Positions 19,809-26,556 of a DNA stretch of 34,486 bases are shown piece by piece. Each line of letters opens with the position of its first letter. The stretch's first letter is position 1. The translations under genes and the position numbers were made by a program. This DNA comes from a virus (lineage: Duplodnaviria; Heunggongvirae; Uroviricota; Caudoviricetes): the IMG/VR virus record IMGVR_UViG_2645727868_000009; one strand, given 5' to 3'. The notes below the pieces were generated by a model. It had not been told where the DNA came from, did not search any database, and worked only from the letters and a program-made list of their open reading frames with translations.

Positions 19809-21449
19809 TTACCATCCTCCTGAACCAAAACGCCCGCCACGGTCACGCCCGCTGCTGCGTGGGGTGTGTATCTGAAATTTTGCGCTGCGCGATACCGCCA
19901 GCGTCCACAGCATGTGCAGACAGTCCGGGCCATCATCGTGGTCGGCTTTGGGGTAGTGGCGCAGCTGGTCAATCAGCGTCTGATGTGCCGGACTGATGCG
20001 GATCAGGCCGTTGGCCATATGCGGCTGAAGGGACTCAATACGCAGCGCTTTATCCTCCAGCGGGATGACCGGCAGCGCCGGAACCGGCACGCCCAGCGCC
20101 GCCGAACGCTCAACCAGCACGGTACGCAGAAACTCCTGAAACTGGACGGACTCAAACGACCAGCACAGACAGTGGTATTCCCGCTGATACTTAATCACGT
20201 CTTCGATAAGTTTGTTTGGTAGACGTCGGCGGATATCGGCTTCAACCACATCCAGAATGCCGGTAAAGCGGTTAAAGCCCCCCACGAGAATGGCCGACGG
20301 GTCGCGGTTTTTGTTTTTCTTCCCGAGACTGGGGTCAACAGCACCATAAAACACCCATTCATCAAGACGGTTAACCCAGAACTTAATGCAGCCCGCAAAC
20401 AGCGCATCTTCACCGCTGACCGGGTCGTTCTGGTATTCAGAATCAAAGGTGTCATGACCGTCACGGACACGGATTTTCATCAGTGCCAGCAGGGGACGCG
20501 CCGCCCATGACACCACCGACCCGGCGAGCATGTCGGCTTCGTTCTGTCGGTAAAGTGCCTCTGCTGCTTCCGGCTGTTTGTTGCGGATGAGTTCTTCCCA
20601 CTCGTCCCACAGCTTCATATTGGCAGGCCACTGAATGACGGCCTTAAAACGGGCCGTTTTCCACATCGGGTTATTGAGTGTGCGCGACAGTACGGAGTCG
20701 TAATGCAGGATGGTTCCGATATAAATAATATCTGTTTTACCACCAGCCTCGCCCAGCGGCATCACGGTTTTGGTGAGCCAGTCATGCAGCTTGTCGCGCT
20801 GCTCCGGGTTACGCACCATCTCGTCGTTCTCGATGTCGTCGAGGATAACCAGGTCAGGACGGTACGGACCGTGGCGCAGACCACGCAGCTTTTTACCACT
20901 ACCGGCAACGGTCACCTTGATATTGTTGGCCGTGACGATGGTCCCCATACGCCAGACGCGACCCTGCCCGCACACTTCCGGGAAATCGTTTTTTAAACGG
21001 GGGTTAAATTCCAGTTCAGCCTTGATGGCTTCCAGCATCGGATAAGCCTGGTCGATACTGTCCATAATGATGACCGGATAATGCTTAATGGCCCGGATAA
21101 TGGTCCACAGGGTAAACAACTGAGTCACCAGCGTGGATTTTGCTTCACCACGGGGCGCGGCGATGGCGTCGTTCTCCGGGTCCGGGCTTGCCACAACCTG
21201 TGGCAGACGGCTGAACAGGTATTTATGCAGCTCGCTTTTTGCCGGGTTGCGGACGTAGTGCGGGAAATAGTTTTCGACAAAATAATCGTAGCCCGTCACC
21301 GGGTCACAGACTGCCGCCCGGCGGGCCTGTGTGGCCTGCGGGTTTACATCGAACCCCAGACATTCAGCCTCGATGGTCTGGCGGAGGTTGGCGATGTACT
21401 CCTGCAGGCTTCTCTGAAACTCTTTAATGGAAAGTTTACATTTTGCCAC
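19809..21449 (-). CDS. Terminase large subunit (Mu gp28-like)
   Basis: Long ORF with ATPase-like N-terminal region and nuclease-like C-terminal region. No in-frame ATG near the 5' end; candidate starts are GTG at 21447-21449 (AGGTG 4 nt upstream, directly after the methyltransferase stop) or TTG at 21506. Confidence 0.8.
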   Translation of the reverse strand: MAKCKLSIKEFQRSLQEYIANLRQTIEAECLGFDVNPQATQARRAAVCDPVTGYDYFVENYFPHYVRNPAKSELHKYLFSRLPQVVASPDPENDAIAAPRGEAKSTLVTQLFTLWTIIRAIKHYPVIIMDSIDQAYPMLEAIKAELEFNPRLKNDFPEVCGQGRVWRMGTIVTANNIKVTVAGSGKKLRGLRHGPYRPDLVILDDIENDEMVRNPEQRDKLHDWLTKTVMPLGEAGGKTDIIYIGTILHYDSVLSRTLNNPMWKTARFKAVIQWPANMKLWDEWEELIRNKQPEAAEALYRQNEADMLAGSVVSWAARPLLALMKIRVRDGHDTFDSEYQNDPVSGEDALFAGCIKFWVNRLDEWVFYGAVDPSLGKKNKNRDPSAILVGGFNRFTGILDVVEADIRRRLPNKLIEDVIKYQREYHCLCWSFESVQFQEFLRTVLVERSAALGVPVPALPVIPLEDKALRIESLQPHMANGLIRISPAHQTLIDQLRHYPKADHDDGPDCLHMLWTLAVSRSAKFQIHTPRSSGRDRGGRFGSGGW

Positions 21450-21450
21450 G

Positions 21451-22191
21451 TCACACCTGCGCTGCTTCTGCCTGCGCTTTTTCGATACGTGCGCAGGCGA
21501 TATCAAAATACTGGTTAGTCATTTCAATGCCGGTAAACCGTCCGCCACGGGCAAGTACCGGGATGGCGGTGGTGCCGCTTCCCATAAACGGATCGAGAAC
21601 GTGCGCATCCGGTGCCAGCGGTTTAACCAGCTCGGCCATCAGCTGAACCGGCTTTGCGGTCATGTGCAGTTTTTCGGACGGGACAACACGCTGCGTAATC
21701 ACACCCGGGAACGGGCCACCGTGCGGACATTTGTCGAGTTTTCCGTTGCTGCCCCAGACCACATACTCGGCCTGATGCCGGAAATAGCCGGTGTGTGGCG
21801 CACGGGAAGCCTGCGTTTTATCCCAGACAACAAGACCACGCCACAGCACACCACCGGCCTGAAAAACGTCGGTCATGGTGGGAAGCTGTCGCCAGTCACT
21901 GAACACCATGACATAACCACCGGGGCGCACAAGGCGGGCAGCCCCGGACATCCACAGGGTGCTCCAGTATGCCCAGCTGCGCTGGTCGCGGTTATCCCCG
22001 CTGAACTCGGCATACTGGGTGTGACCGACATACTTGTCCGAAGGGGCCATGCTGCGGTCTGATTTATGTGTGCCACCACTGCTGTAAGGCGGGTCGGTAA
22101 TGACGGCATCAAAACGTTCGGATAACGCCGGCAGCACATCAAGAACATCACCGCAATACAACGTTGCGTTACCAATAATCTGTTTTTGCAT
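21451..22191 (-). CDS. DNA methyltransferase (beta-class N6-adenine/N4-cytosine type)
   Basis: 246-aa ORF, ATG start. DPPY catalytic motif near N-terminus (VITDPPYSSGG) and FMGSGTT AdoMet-binding motif near C-terminus, i.e. motif IV before motif I. No neighbouring restriction endonuclease. Confidence 0.85.
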   Translation of the reverse strand: MQKQIIGNATLYCGDVLDVLPALSERFDAVITDPPYSSGGTHKSDRSMAPSDKYVGHTQYAEFSGDNRDQRSWAYWSTLWMSGAARLVRPGGYVMVFSDWRQLPTMTDVFQAGGVLWRGLVVWDKTQASRAPHTGYFRHQAEYVVWGSNGKLDKCPHGGPFPGVITQRVVPSEKLHMTAKPVQLMAELVKPLAPDAHVLDPFMGSGTTAIPVLARGGRFTGIEMTNQYFDIACARIEKAQAEAAQV

Positions 22192-22202
22192 TACAAATCC
22201 CG

Positions 22203-22220
22203 AATATCAGACGGCCCGGA
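22203..22220. other. GC-rich hairpin between gp27-like gene and methyltransferase gene
   Basis: GGCCCGG-AAAA-CCGGGCC perfect 7-bp stem in the 46-bp gap between the two genes. Confidence 0.5.
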
Positions 22221-22237
22221 AAACCGGGCCGCTGTGG

Positions 22238-22738
22238 TTAACTGAAATTATCCTCAAGCTCTTTAGCGAAGCCTTCGAGCACCTCAAGAAACGGGGCATA
22301 CTGTGCCGGGTGACGCTCCTTGATGAACGCGCCGAGCCGCTGCACCACTTCCAGTGCCGTGGCGAGCCGGTCGGTTTCCGGCAGGATTTTTTTGCTGCTG
22401 GCCACCGCCTTACTGAGACTGTCGGACAGACTCGCCAGCAGTTCGACGGACTCCTGCGGCGGGATGTCCGGGTTCTGGTTCAGCCGTTCAAGCGTCGTCT
22501 GACACTTCACCACCAGACTGATAAGCACGGTGCGGGCGACACTTTCCAGTCCGTCACCGGCGAGCGCGTGAGCGGCCCGCAGCTTGTCCCAGTCGTCGCC
22601 GTTCTTCATCGCCTGCGTTTTCCAGCGCCGCGCGGTGTCGTGCGGCACGGCGAACTTCATGGCGACGATATCCAGCGGAAGCTGGTCAAAGATGTACCCG
22701 TTACGGACTTTGTCCCTGATATCCTGTGACCACGCCAT
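22238..22738 (-). CDS. Mu gp27-like protein (putative terminase small subunit)
   Basis: 166-aa ORF, ATG start; position upstream of terminase large subunit; DUF1804-type protein recalled from Mu-like prophages. Confidence 0.6.
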   Translation of the reverse strand: MAWSQDIRDKVRNGYIFDQLPLDIVAMKFAVPHDTARRWKTQAMKNGDDWDKLRAAHALAGDGLESVARTVLISLVVKCQTTLERLNQNPDIPPQESVELLASLSDSLSKAVASSKKILPETDRLATALEVVQRLGAFIKERHPAQYAPFLEVLEGFAKELEDNFS

Positions 22739-22980
22739 TAAGTGTCCTTCTGAGCCTGTTCAATCCTGCGCTGAACTTCGTCGGGATTTTCAAGAACAAA
22801 CACGTTTTTCCCGGTATCCAGTTCAATGACCGTGCCATCATGTGTACCGTACTGACGGTAAAAATGGGTGATGCGTTCAGCGAGCACCATGACAGCGCCA
22901 GCACCTCCTGAACCTCTGTATTCTGTAAATCTGATAATGCTCACTGTGTCAGACCTTCGAAAAATCAGTTCTGTGAACAC
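22738..22980 (-). CDS. Hypothetical protein
   Basis: 80-aa ORF whose only upstream start is GTG without a clear RBS; kept because it fills the gap between the lysis genes and the gp27-like gene. Confidence 0.3.
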   Translation of the reverse strand: MFTELIFRRSDTVSIIRFTEYRGSGGAGAVMVLAERITHFYRQYGTHDGTVIELDTGKNVFVLENPDEVQRRIEQAQKDT

Positions 22981-23147
22981 TGCCGGATGCCGTCAATAAT
23001 CCGGCAGACCTGCGCCGCCGCGTCTAACAGCTGTCCCGTTCTGTTAATGTCTGTGCATCCCACCGGAAGCAACATCACCAGAAACAGGGCCAGAACACAG
23101 CGCGCGGCTTTACGTGGCGTTCTGTGGGTCCAGTGCTGACGCGTCAT
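22965..23147 (-). CDS. Putative small lipoprotein of the lysis cassette
   Basis: 60-aa ORF; ATG overlaps endolysin stop (ATGA); basic N-terminus then hydrophobic stretch ending LLPVGC (imperfect lipobox). Confidence 0.4.
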   Translation of the reverse strand: MTRQHWTHRTPRKAARCVLALFLVMLLPVGCTDINRTGQLLDAAAQVCRIIDGIRQCSQN

Positions 23148-23689
23148 ATCGCCACGCGCTCCTTCAGCCAGCCATAAACAAACGATTCGTTAGCCTCGCG
23201 TTTCTCCGCCAGTTCCAGATAGCGGTCCCCCTGCGTACAGTTCAGGGCCGTCAGCATCACCCGTTCACCGTCCTGACCGCGATTATTCAGGAAGGCGCGC
23301 AATGCACTGATGGTACGAGGCCCGATGCGTCCGTCTGCGTCCATATCCGGGTACAGCCTGCCGCGCAGATTGAACACATTCAGCCAGCGCTGAAGCATTC
23401 TGGACGCCACGGTTGGCCCCATATTCACACCGGTATCACACAGCTCTGCGGCAATATCAGGGGATAATGCGGCGACCTGGTCGAATCGCGGACCGTACCA
23501 GTAATCGGCTTCAAGGATGTCCAGCGCCTGCTCGCGGGTTAAATCGCGCATATCACCACGGTATCCGTGGGCACGGGCGACTTTTTCCGTAATGCCCCAT
23601 TTGGTCGGACCGCCCTTATCATCCGGGTGATTGACATAACCACCTTCTTTGCCCAGGACTTCATCAAAAATTTTATCTTTTGATTTCAT
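23144..23689 (-). CDS. Endolysin (GH108-like muramidase with peptidoglycan-binding C-terminal domain)
   Basis: 181-aa ORF, ATG start with GAGG upstream; N-terminal EGGYVNHPDDKGGPTKWGIT motif typical of GH108-family phage lysozymes. Confidence 0.75.
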   Translation of the reverse strand: MKSKDKIFDEVLGKEGGYVNHPDDKGGPTKWGITEKVARAHGYRGDMRDLTREQALDILEADYWYGPRFDQVAALSPDIAAELCDTGVNMGPTVASRMLQRWLNVFNLRGRLYPDMDADGRIGPRTISALRAFLNNRGQDGERVMLTALNCTQGDRYLELAEKREANESFVYGWLKERVAI

Positions 23690-23969
23690 GTGGATGCCTC
23701 AGTAACGAAAGGATTTTTGACAAATTCCCGTGCGCCCACACGATAAGCGCACAGAAAACCAGATTCAGCGCCACAACCAGCCAGCTGGAATGTGTGTACG
23801 TACCGGACAGCCAGCGGAACGGGATGATGACGTAGCCGAGCATCAGCCAGTACGCCAGCCAGGTAATCATCGGTTTATGCGCTGCACCGTGGCGGCGATA
23901 CACAAACAACCCCAGCACAATGGCGAGACACAGCCAGACGTTCACGATACCGGCAAGGCTACTTTCCAT
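23673..23969 (-). CDS. Lysis-cassette membrane protein
   Basis: ORF with ~3 predicted transmembrane helices between holin-like gene and endolysin. Track start 23975 is GTG; ATG at 23967-23969 preceded by GGAGGGGG. Confidence 0.45.
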   Translation of the reverse strand: MESSLAGIVNVWLCLAIVLGLFVYRRHGAAHKPMITWLAYWLMLGYVIIPFRWLSGTYTHSSWLVVALNLVFCALIVWAHGNLSKILSLLRHPHEIKR

Positions 23970-24351
23970 TTCCACCCCCTCCGCCGCGCAGTCTGGAAAA
24001 CAGGCCGAACAGCGATGAAATTTCCTGTTGATAAAGAAAGGTCAGTATCTTGATGGATAACGCCGAGACACCGACCGCACACAATGCATCGAGTGGCTTG
24101 TCGTTGTAGTGGGTCAGCCACTGCATCAGTGACGCAGCCACGCCAGCCCCCAGAACGCCAACCACAAACGCGACGAGCAGGTGGATAGCCATTCGCCATA
24201 CCGGGATTTCTTTCTGCTGCGTGACAACAAAAAGCGCTCCGGCAAACGCGCCCACCACAACCCCGAAATCGGTATTGGTGAGAAGGCCAAACACACTGGC
24301 ACCACCGATGGTGACTGCCACAGCTCCGCCGCCTGATAAGGGTTCAGACAT
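23959..24351 (-). CDS. Putative holin
   Basis: Multi-pass membrane protein immediately upstream of endolysin. Start set to ATG at 24349-24351 with AGGAGA upstream; the track ORF extends further to a non-ATG start. Confidence 0.5.
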   Translation of the reverse strand: MSEPLSGGGAVAVTIGGASVFGLLTNTDFGVVVGAFAGALFVVTQQKEIPVWRMAIHLLVAFVVGVLGAGVAASLMQWLTHYNDKPLDALCAVGVSALSIKILTFLYQQEISSLFGLFSRLRGGGGGNGK

Positions 24352-24497
24352 GAGTTTCTCCTGTAAATCTGAGCCACTGACGGCCCGTAAATAACACCCG
24401 GTCAAAGGCACAGAATGACTTTTGCCGGGCGCTATCCCTTAAGGTGCCTTGTGGTCTGAGTGGACAGGGTAAACGGTATGCTGTGGTGGGTACTGCT

Positions 24498-24516
24498 GGG
24501 GGTGTTCAGCACCCCC
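24498..24516. promoter_or_regulatory. Palindromic motif GGGGGTG-TTCAG-CACCCCC upstream of the lysis genes (copy 2)
   Basis: Perfect 7-bp arms, same TTCAG spacer and same upstream GGGTACTG block as copy 1; located between the 95-aa gene stop and the holin start. Confidence 0.5.
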
Positions 24517-24539
24517 GGCAGGTTGATTATCTGGATGGG

Positions 24540-24827
24540 TTAAAGAGAAGCGAGTTTTAATGGTGGCTTATAACATGCCCGCGCCAGCAGGTTAGCTCTT
24601 TCCACGGCATTACGCATTTCCCGTTCTGCGTCAATCATTCTGTTTACGGCTGACAGCACTTCATCATGATTCGTTACTGATTCCGGGCTTTGGGCCTGTT
24701 TCGCCAGGTAACTGGATAAACTGCACATTTCAGCATGTCGGCGACGGGCTGCATCCCGGGCCTTGTCTGAAAATGCGGTATATTCACCGAGTACTGCATA
24801 GTCGATATCGGTGTCAGAACGCATCAT
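24540..24827 (-). CDS. Hypothetical protein
   Basis: 95-aa ORF with ATGATG start and strong RBS (AAGGAGA, 7 nt spacer); between Mor/C gene and lysis genes. Confidence 0.5.
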   Translation of the reverse strand: MMRSDTDIDYAVLGEYTAFSDKARDAARRRHAEMCSLSSYLAKQAQSPESVTNHDEVLSAVNRMIDAEREMRNAVERANLLARACYKPPLKLASL

Positions 24828-24854
24828 TTCGTGTCTCCTTTTTTCTGAGGCCCA

Positions 24855-25322
24855 TTAATCAAAAAGCCCCACCTGGGTGGGGCTTTTCAGCGAAGTCTGT
24901 TTTTGTCGTCGGTGTATCAGTTGCCATGCGTACCGGTCTGAAATGCCGTAACGGGGACAGAGCAGTGCCAGCGCCTGCCGGTGTGAGCATCCGCCTTTTA
25001 CATGCTGCTGTAAATCAGCCATAAAACGGGTGTTACGCAGGGCACGTAACGCATGATCGCAACGGGGAATGTAAAACGGTGCGCCGCCAAGAAAACGGAT
25101 CAGTTTGTTGATTTCGTCTTCGGTCAGCACGTCATGTAACAGGGCATGGACACCGCCGGTGCGTTCGGCGTGTACGCCGGTTTTACCGCTTAACGTCACG
25201 CCACCAAAAGAACGAATCAACCGGGTCAGGGCGGGGAAGCCAATCACGCTAATCAGTTGCTGCACGGAATCGGGCAGCAGTGCCTGCGCATCGCGAAGAT
25301 CTGTTTCACTGAAGGTCTGCAT
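24855..25322 (-). CDS. Mor/C-family transcriptional activator
   Basis: 155-aa ORF, ATG start with GGAGA RBS; contains the GGxxxYIPR motif (FLGGAPFYIPR) and C-terminal helix-turn-helix-like segment characteristic of Mu Mor/C activators. Confidence 0.8.
   Translation of the reverse strand: MQTFSETDLRDAQALLPDSVQQLISVIGFPALTRLIRSFGGVTLSGKTGVHAERTGGVHALLHDVLTEDEINKLIRFLGGAPFYIPRCDHALRALRNTRFMADLQQHVKGGCSHRQALALLCPRYGISDRYAWQLIHRRQKQTSLKSPTQVGLFD
24861..24887 (-). terminator. Bidirectional terminator-like hairpin overlapping the Mor/C stop codon
   Basis: Perfect GC-rich inverted repeat GCCCCACC/GGTGGGGC flanked by AAAAA on one side and TTTT on the other; the minus-strand U-tract precedes the stop. 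Confidence 0.5.
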
Positions 25323-25351
25323 GATGGCGTCTCCGGTAGTAACTTACTGTT

Positions 25352-25357
25352 ATTATA
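25352..25357 (-). promoter_or_regulatory. Candidate -10 hexamer of a promoter for the Mor/C-family gene
   Basis: Perfect TATAAT on the minus strand 30 nt upstream of the Mor/C ATG, with a poor -35 region (CTGTAC at 17-bp spacing) and the terminator dyad just upstream. Confidence 0.4.
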
Positions 25358-25384
25358 GCCATACATGATCGCCTGTACAGACCA

Positions 25385-25409
25385 TAAAAAACCTCCGCGT
25401 TTGCGAAGG
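25385..25409 (-). terminator. Rho-independent terminator after the secreted-protein gene
   Basis: Minus-strand RNA forms a 7-bp stem with one G-U pair (CCUUCGC-AAAC-GCGGAGG) followed by UUUUUU; lies 13 nt after the stop at 25422. Confidence 0.6.
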
Positions 25410-25421
25410 TTTTTGTTCATA

Positions 25422-25760
25422 TTATTTTTTATTCTCGTTTATCAACACCAGGTATCCTCTGACATACTCCCATACTTTCTGGTTATCTGTTGGATGCACT
25501 TTTCGACAATCTATGGCTTCATTTCCATAATCGCCAATGTCAGCTTGGGCTTGTGTTAAGAGAATAACCTTCCTGAGAGCGCATCCTCTGATGGTATCCT
25601 TTGAAATATCATCCCAGCCATTCATGTATGAATAAGCCAGATTACGTTGTGCCTGATAATCGCCCTGTAATGTTTTTTTGACCAAATCTTCCTCTGAATC
25701 AGAAGCATGGGATATCCCTGTAAAACATAAAGTCAGAATAAGTAATAACAGTTTTTTCAT
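25422..25760 (-). CDS. Secreted/periplasmic hypothetical protein
   Basis: 112-aa ORF, ATG start with AAGGAGA RBS; N-terminal signal peptide (MKKLLLLILTLCFTGISHA); followed by an intrinsic terminator. Confidence 0.55.
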   Translation of the reverse strand: MKKLLLLILTLCFTGISHASDSEEDLVKKTLQGDYQAQRNLAYSYMNGWDDISKDTIRGCALRKVILLTQAQADIGDYGNEAIDCRKVHPTDNQKVWEYVRGYLVLINENKK

Positions 25761-26152
25761 TTACGTCTCCTTGAATCTTTAACCAGCGCCACCATCACTC
25801 CAAAAAGCTGTTCATCCGTCAGCCATTCGATCACATGTTGCTTATACATGTGAGATGCCAGTCCTTCTGCATACGCCCAGGAACGACCGGCATCAGCCAG
25901 CAACGCTTCAATTTTGGATAATACTGATTTTCTGCTCATTGCAACACGAGGGCGGCGACCTTTACCAGCGGGTGCCTTGCGCGGGAATCCCTGTTCGTGC
26001 ATGTATTCCCGGATGATGCGCAGTTCATCGAGATTGCAGCGTGTGGTGCTGGTTTTACCGGTCAGGCGGGCCAGCGTCTGGCGATAAAGGGCATCATCCC
26101 ACCCCAGATACGCCTGACCAGCTTTAATGGCCCCGATCATCTTTTTCAGCAT
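25757..26152 (-). CDS. gemA: GemA-like protein (Mu gp16-like)
   Basis: Start set to ATG at 26150-26152 (GAGGA 8 nt upstream); track ORF extends to 26251 via non-ATG start. Sequence YLGWDDALYRQTLARLTGKTS...LRIIREYMHEQGF recalled as GemA/DUF1018-like; location just upstream of Mor/C gene as in Mu. Confidence 0.65.
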   Translation of the reverse strand: MLKKMIGAIKAGQAYLGWDDALYRQTLARLTGKTSTTRCNLDELRIIREYMHEQGFPRKAPAGKGRRPRVAMSRKSVLSKIEALLADAGRSWAYAEGLASHMYKQHVIEWLTDEQLFGVMVALVKDSRRRK

Positions 26153-26402
26153 GTTTGTTATCCTCAAAACGCACGGTAAAACGTGAAACGCCAATCCCTG
26201 ACAAGAACGCAGCGGCACGGTCAAGAGACAACCACGTCTTGTAATCGCCACGGCGTTCCTGTAGAAAATAGGACACCCCGGCGCGGCGATTCACAGCGAA
26301 GAGATGATACACACCACCGAACCGCTGCACGACGAACTCATCCACGCCACCGCTTTCAGCCTGTTGCCGAAAGGCTGCCATTCCGATTTGTTCAATCTTC
26401 AT
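26124..26402 (-). CDS. Hypothetical early protein
   Basis: Start set to ATG at 26400-26402 (track start 26411 is TTG). Preceded immediately by two tandem palindromic units (see regulatory feature). Confidence 0.45.
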   Translation of the reverse strand: MKIEQIGMAAFRQQAESGGVDEFVVQRFGGVYHLFAVNRRAGVSYFLQERRGDYKTWLSLDRAAAFLSGIGVSRFTVRFEDNKHAEKDDRGH

Positions 26403-26405
26403 AAT

Positions 26406-26448
26406 GACCAAAACACTACTTTTGGCAGACCAAAAAACATGTTTTGGC
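26406..26448. promoter_or_regulatory. Two tandem 21-bp palindromic units (candidate operator)
   Basis: GACCAAAA-N-TTTTGGC at 26406-26426 and 26428-26448, each with perfect CCAAAA/TTTTGG arms and a 6-bp spacer; centres ~22 bp apart; they end 4 bp from the start of the 26124-26402 gene. Confidence 0.5.
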
Positions 26449-26556
26449 CTGCATTTGATTACTGTTTAAACAACTCGCGAAATCAGGAACGTCGAGTTTC
26501 GGTGATGGCTTTCATCGTGTTGTTGCTCCGTGATTCAGAAAATTTCATGCCGGGCC

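Noticed and set aside
22203-22220. GC hairpin as a prophage end or attachment site
   Set aside because: It is internal to the packaging module with phage genes on both sides and no flanking target duplication; more likely a transcriptional element or insertion scar for the methyltransferase gene.
21427-22729. Plus-strand ORFs of 211 and 209 aa (21427-22062, 22100-22729)
   Set aside because: Antisense to the methyltransferase and gp27-like genes, which have recognisable motifs and proper starts; no independent support.
26152-26251. N-terminal extension of the GemA-like ORF to 26251 (164 aa)
   Set aside because: The track start is a non-ATG codon inside the upstream gene; the in-frame ATG at 26152 has a well-spaced GAGGA RBS and matches the expected GemA size.
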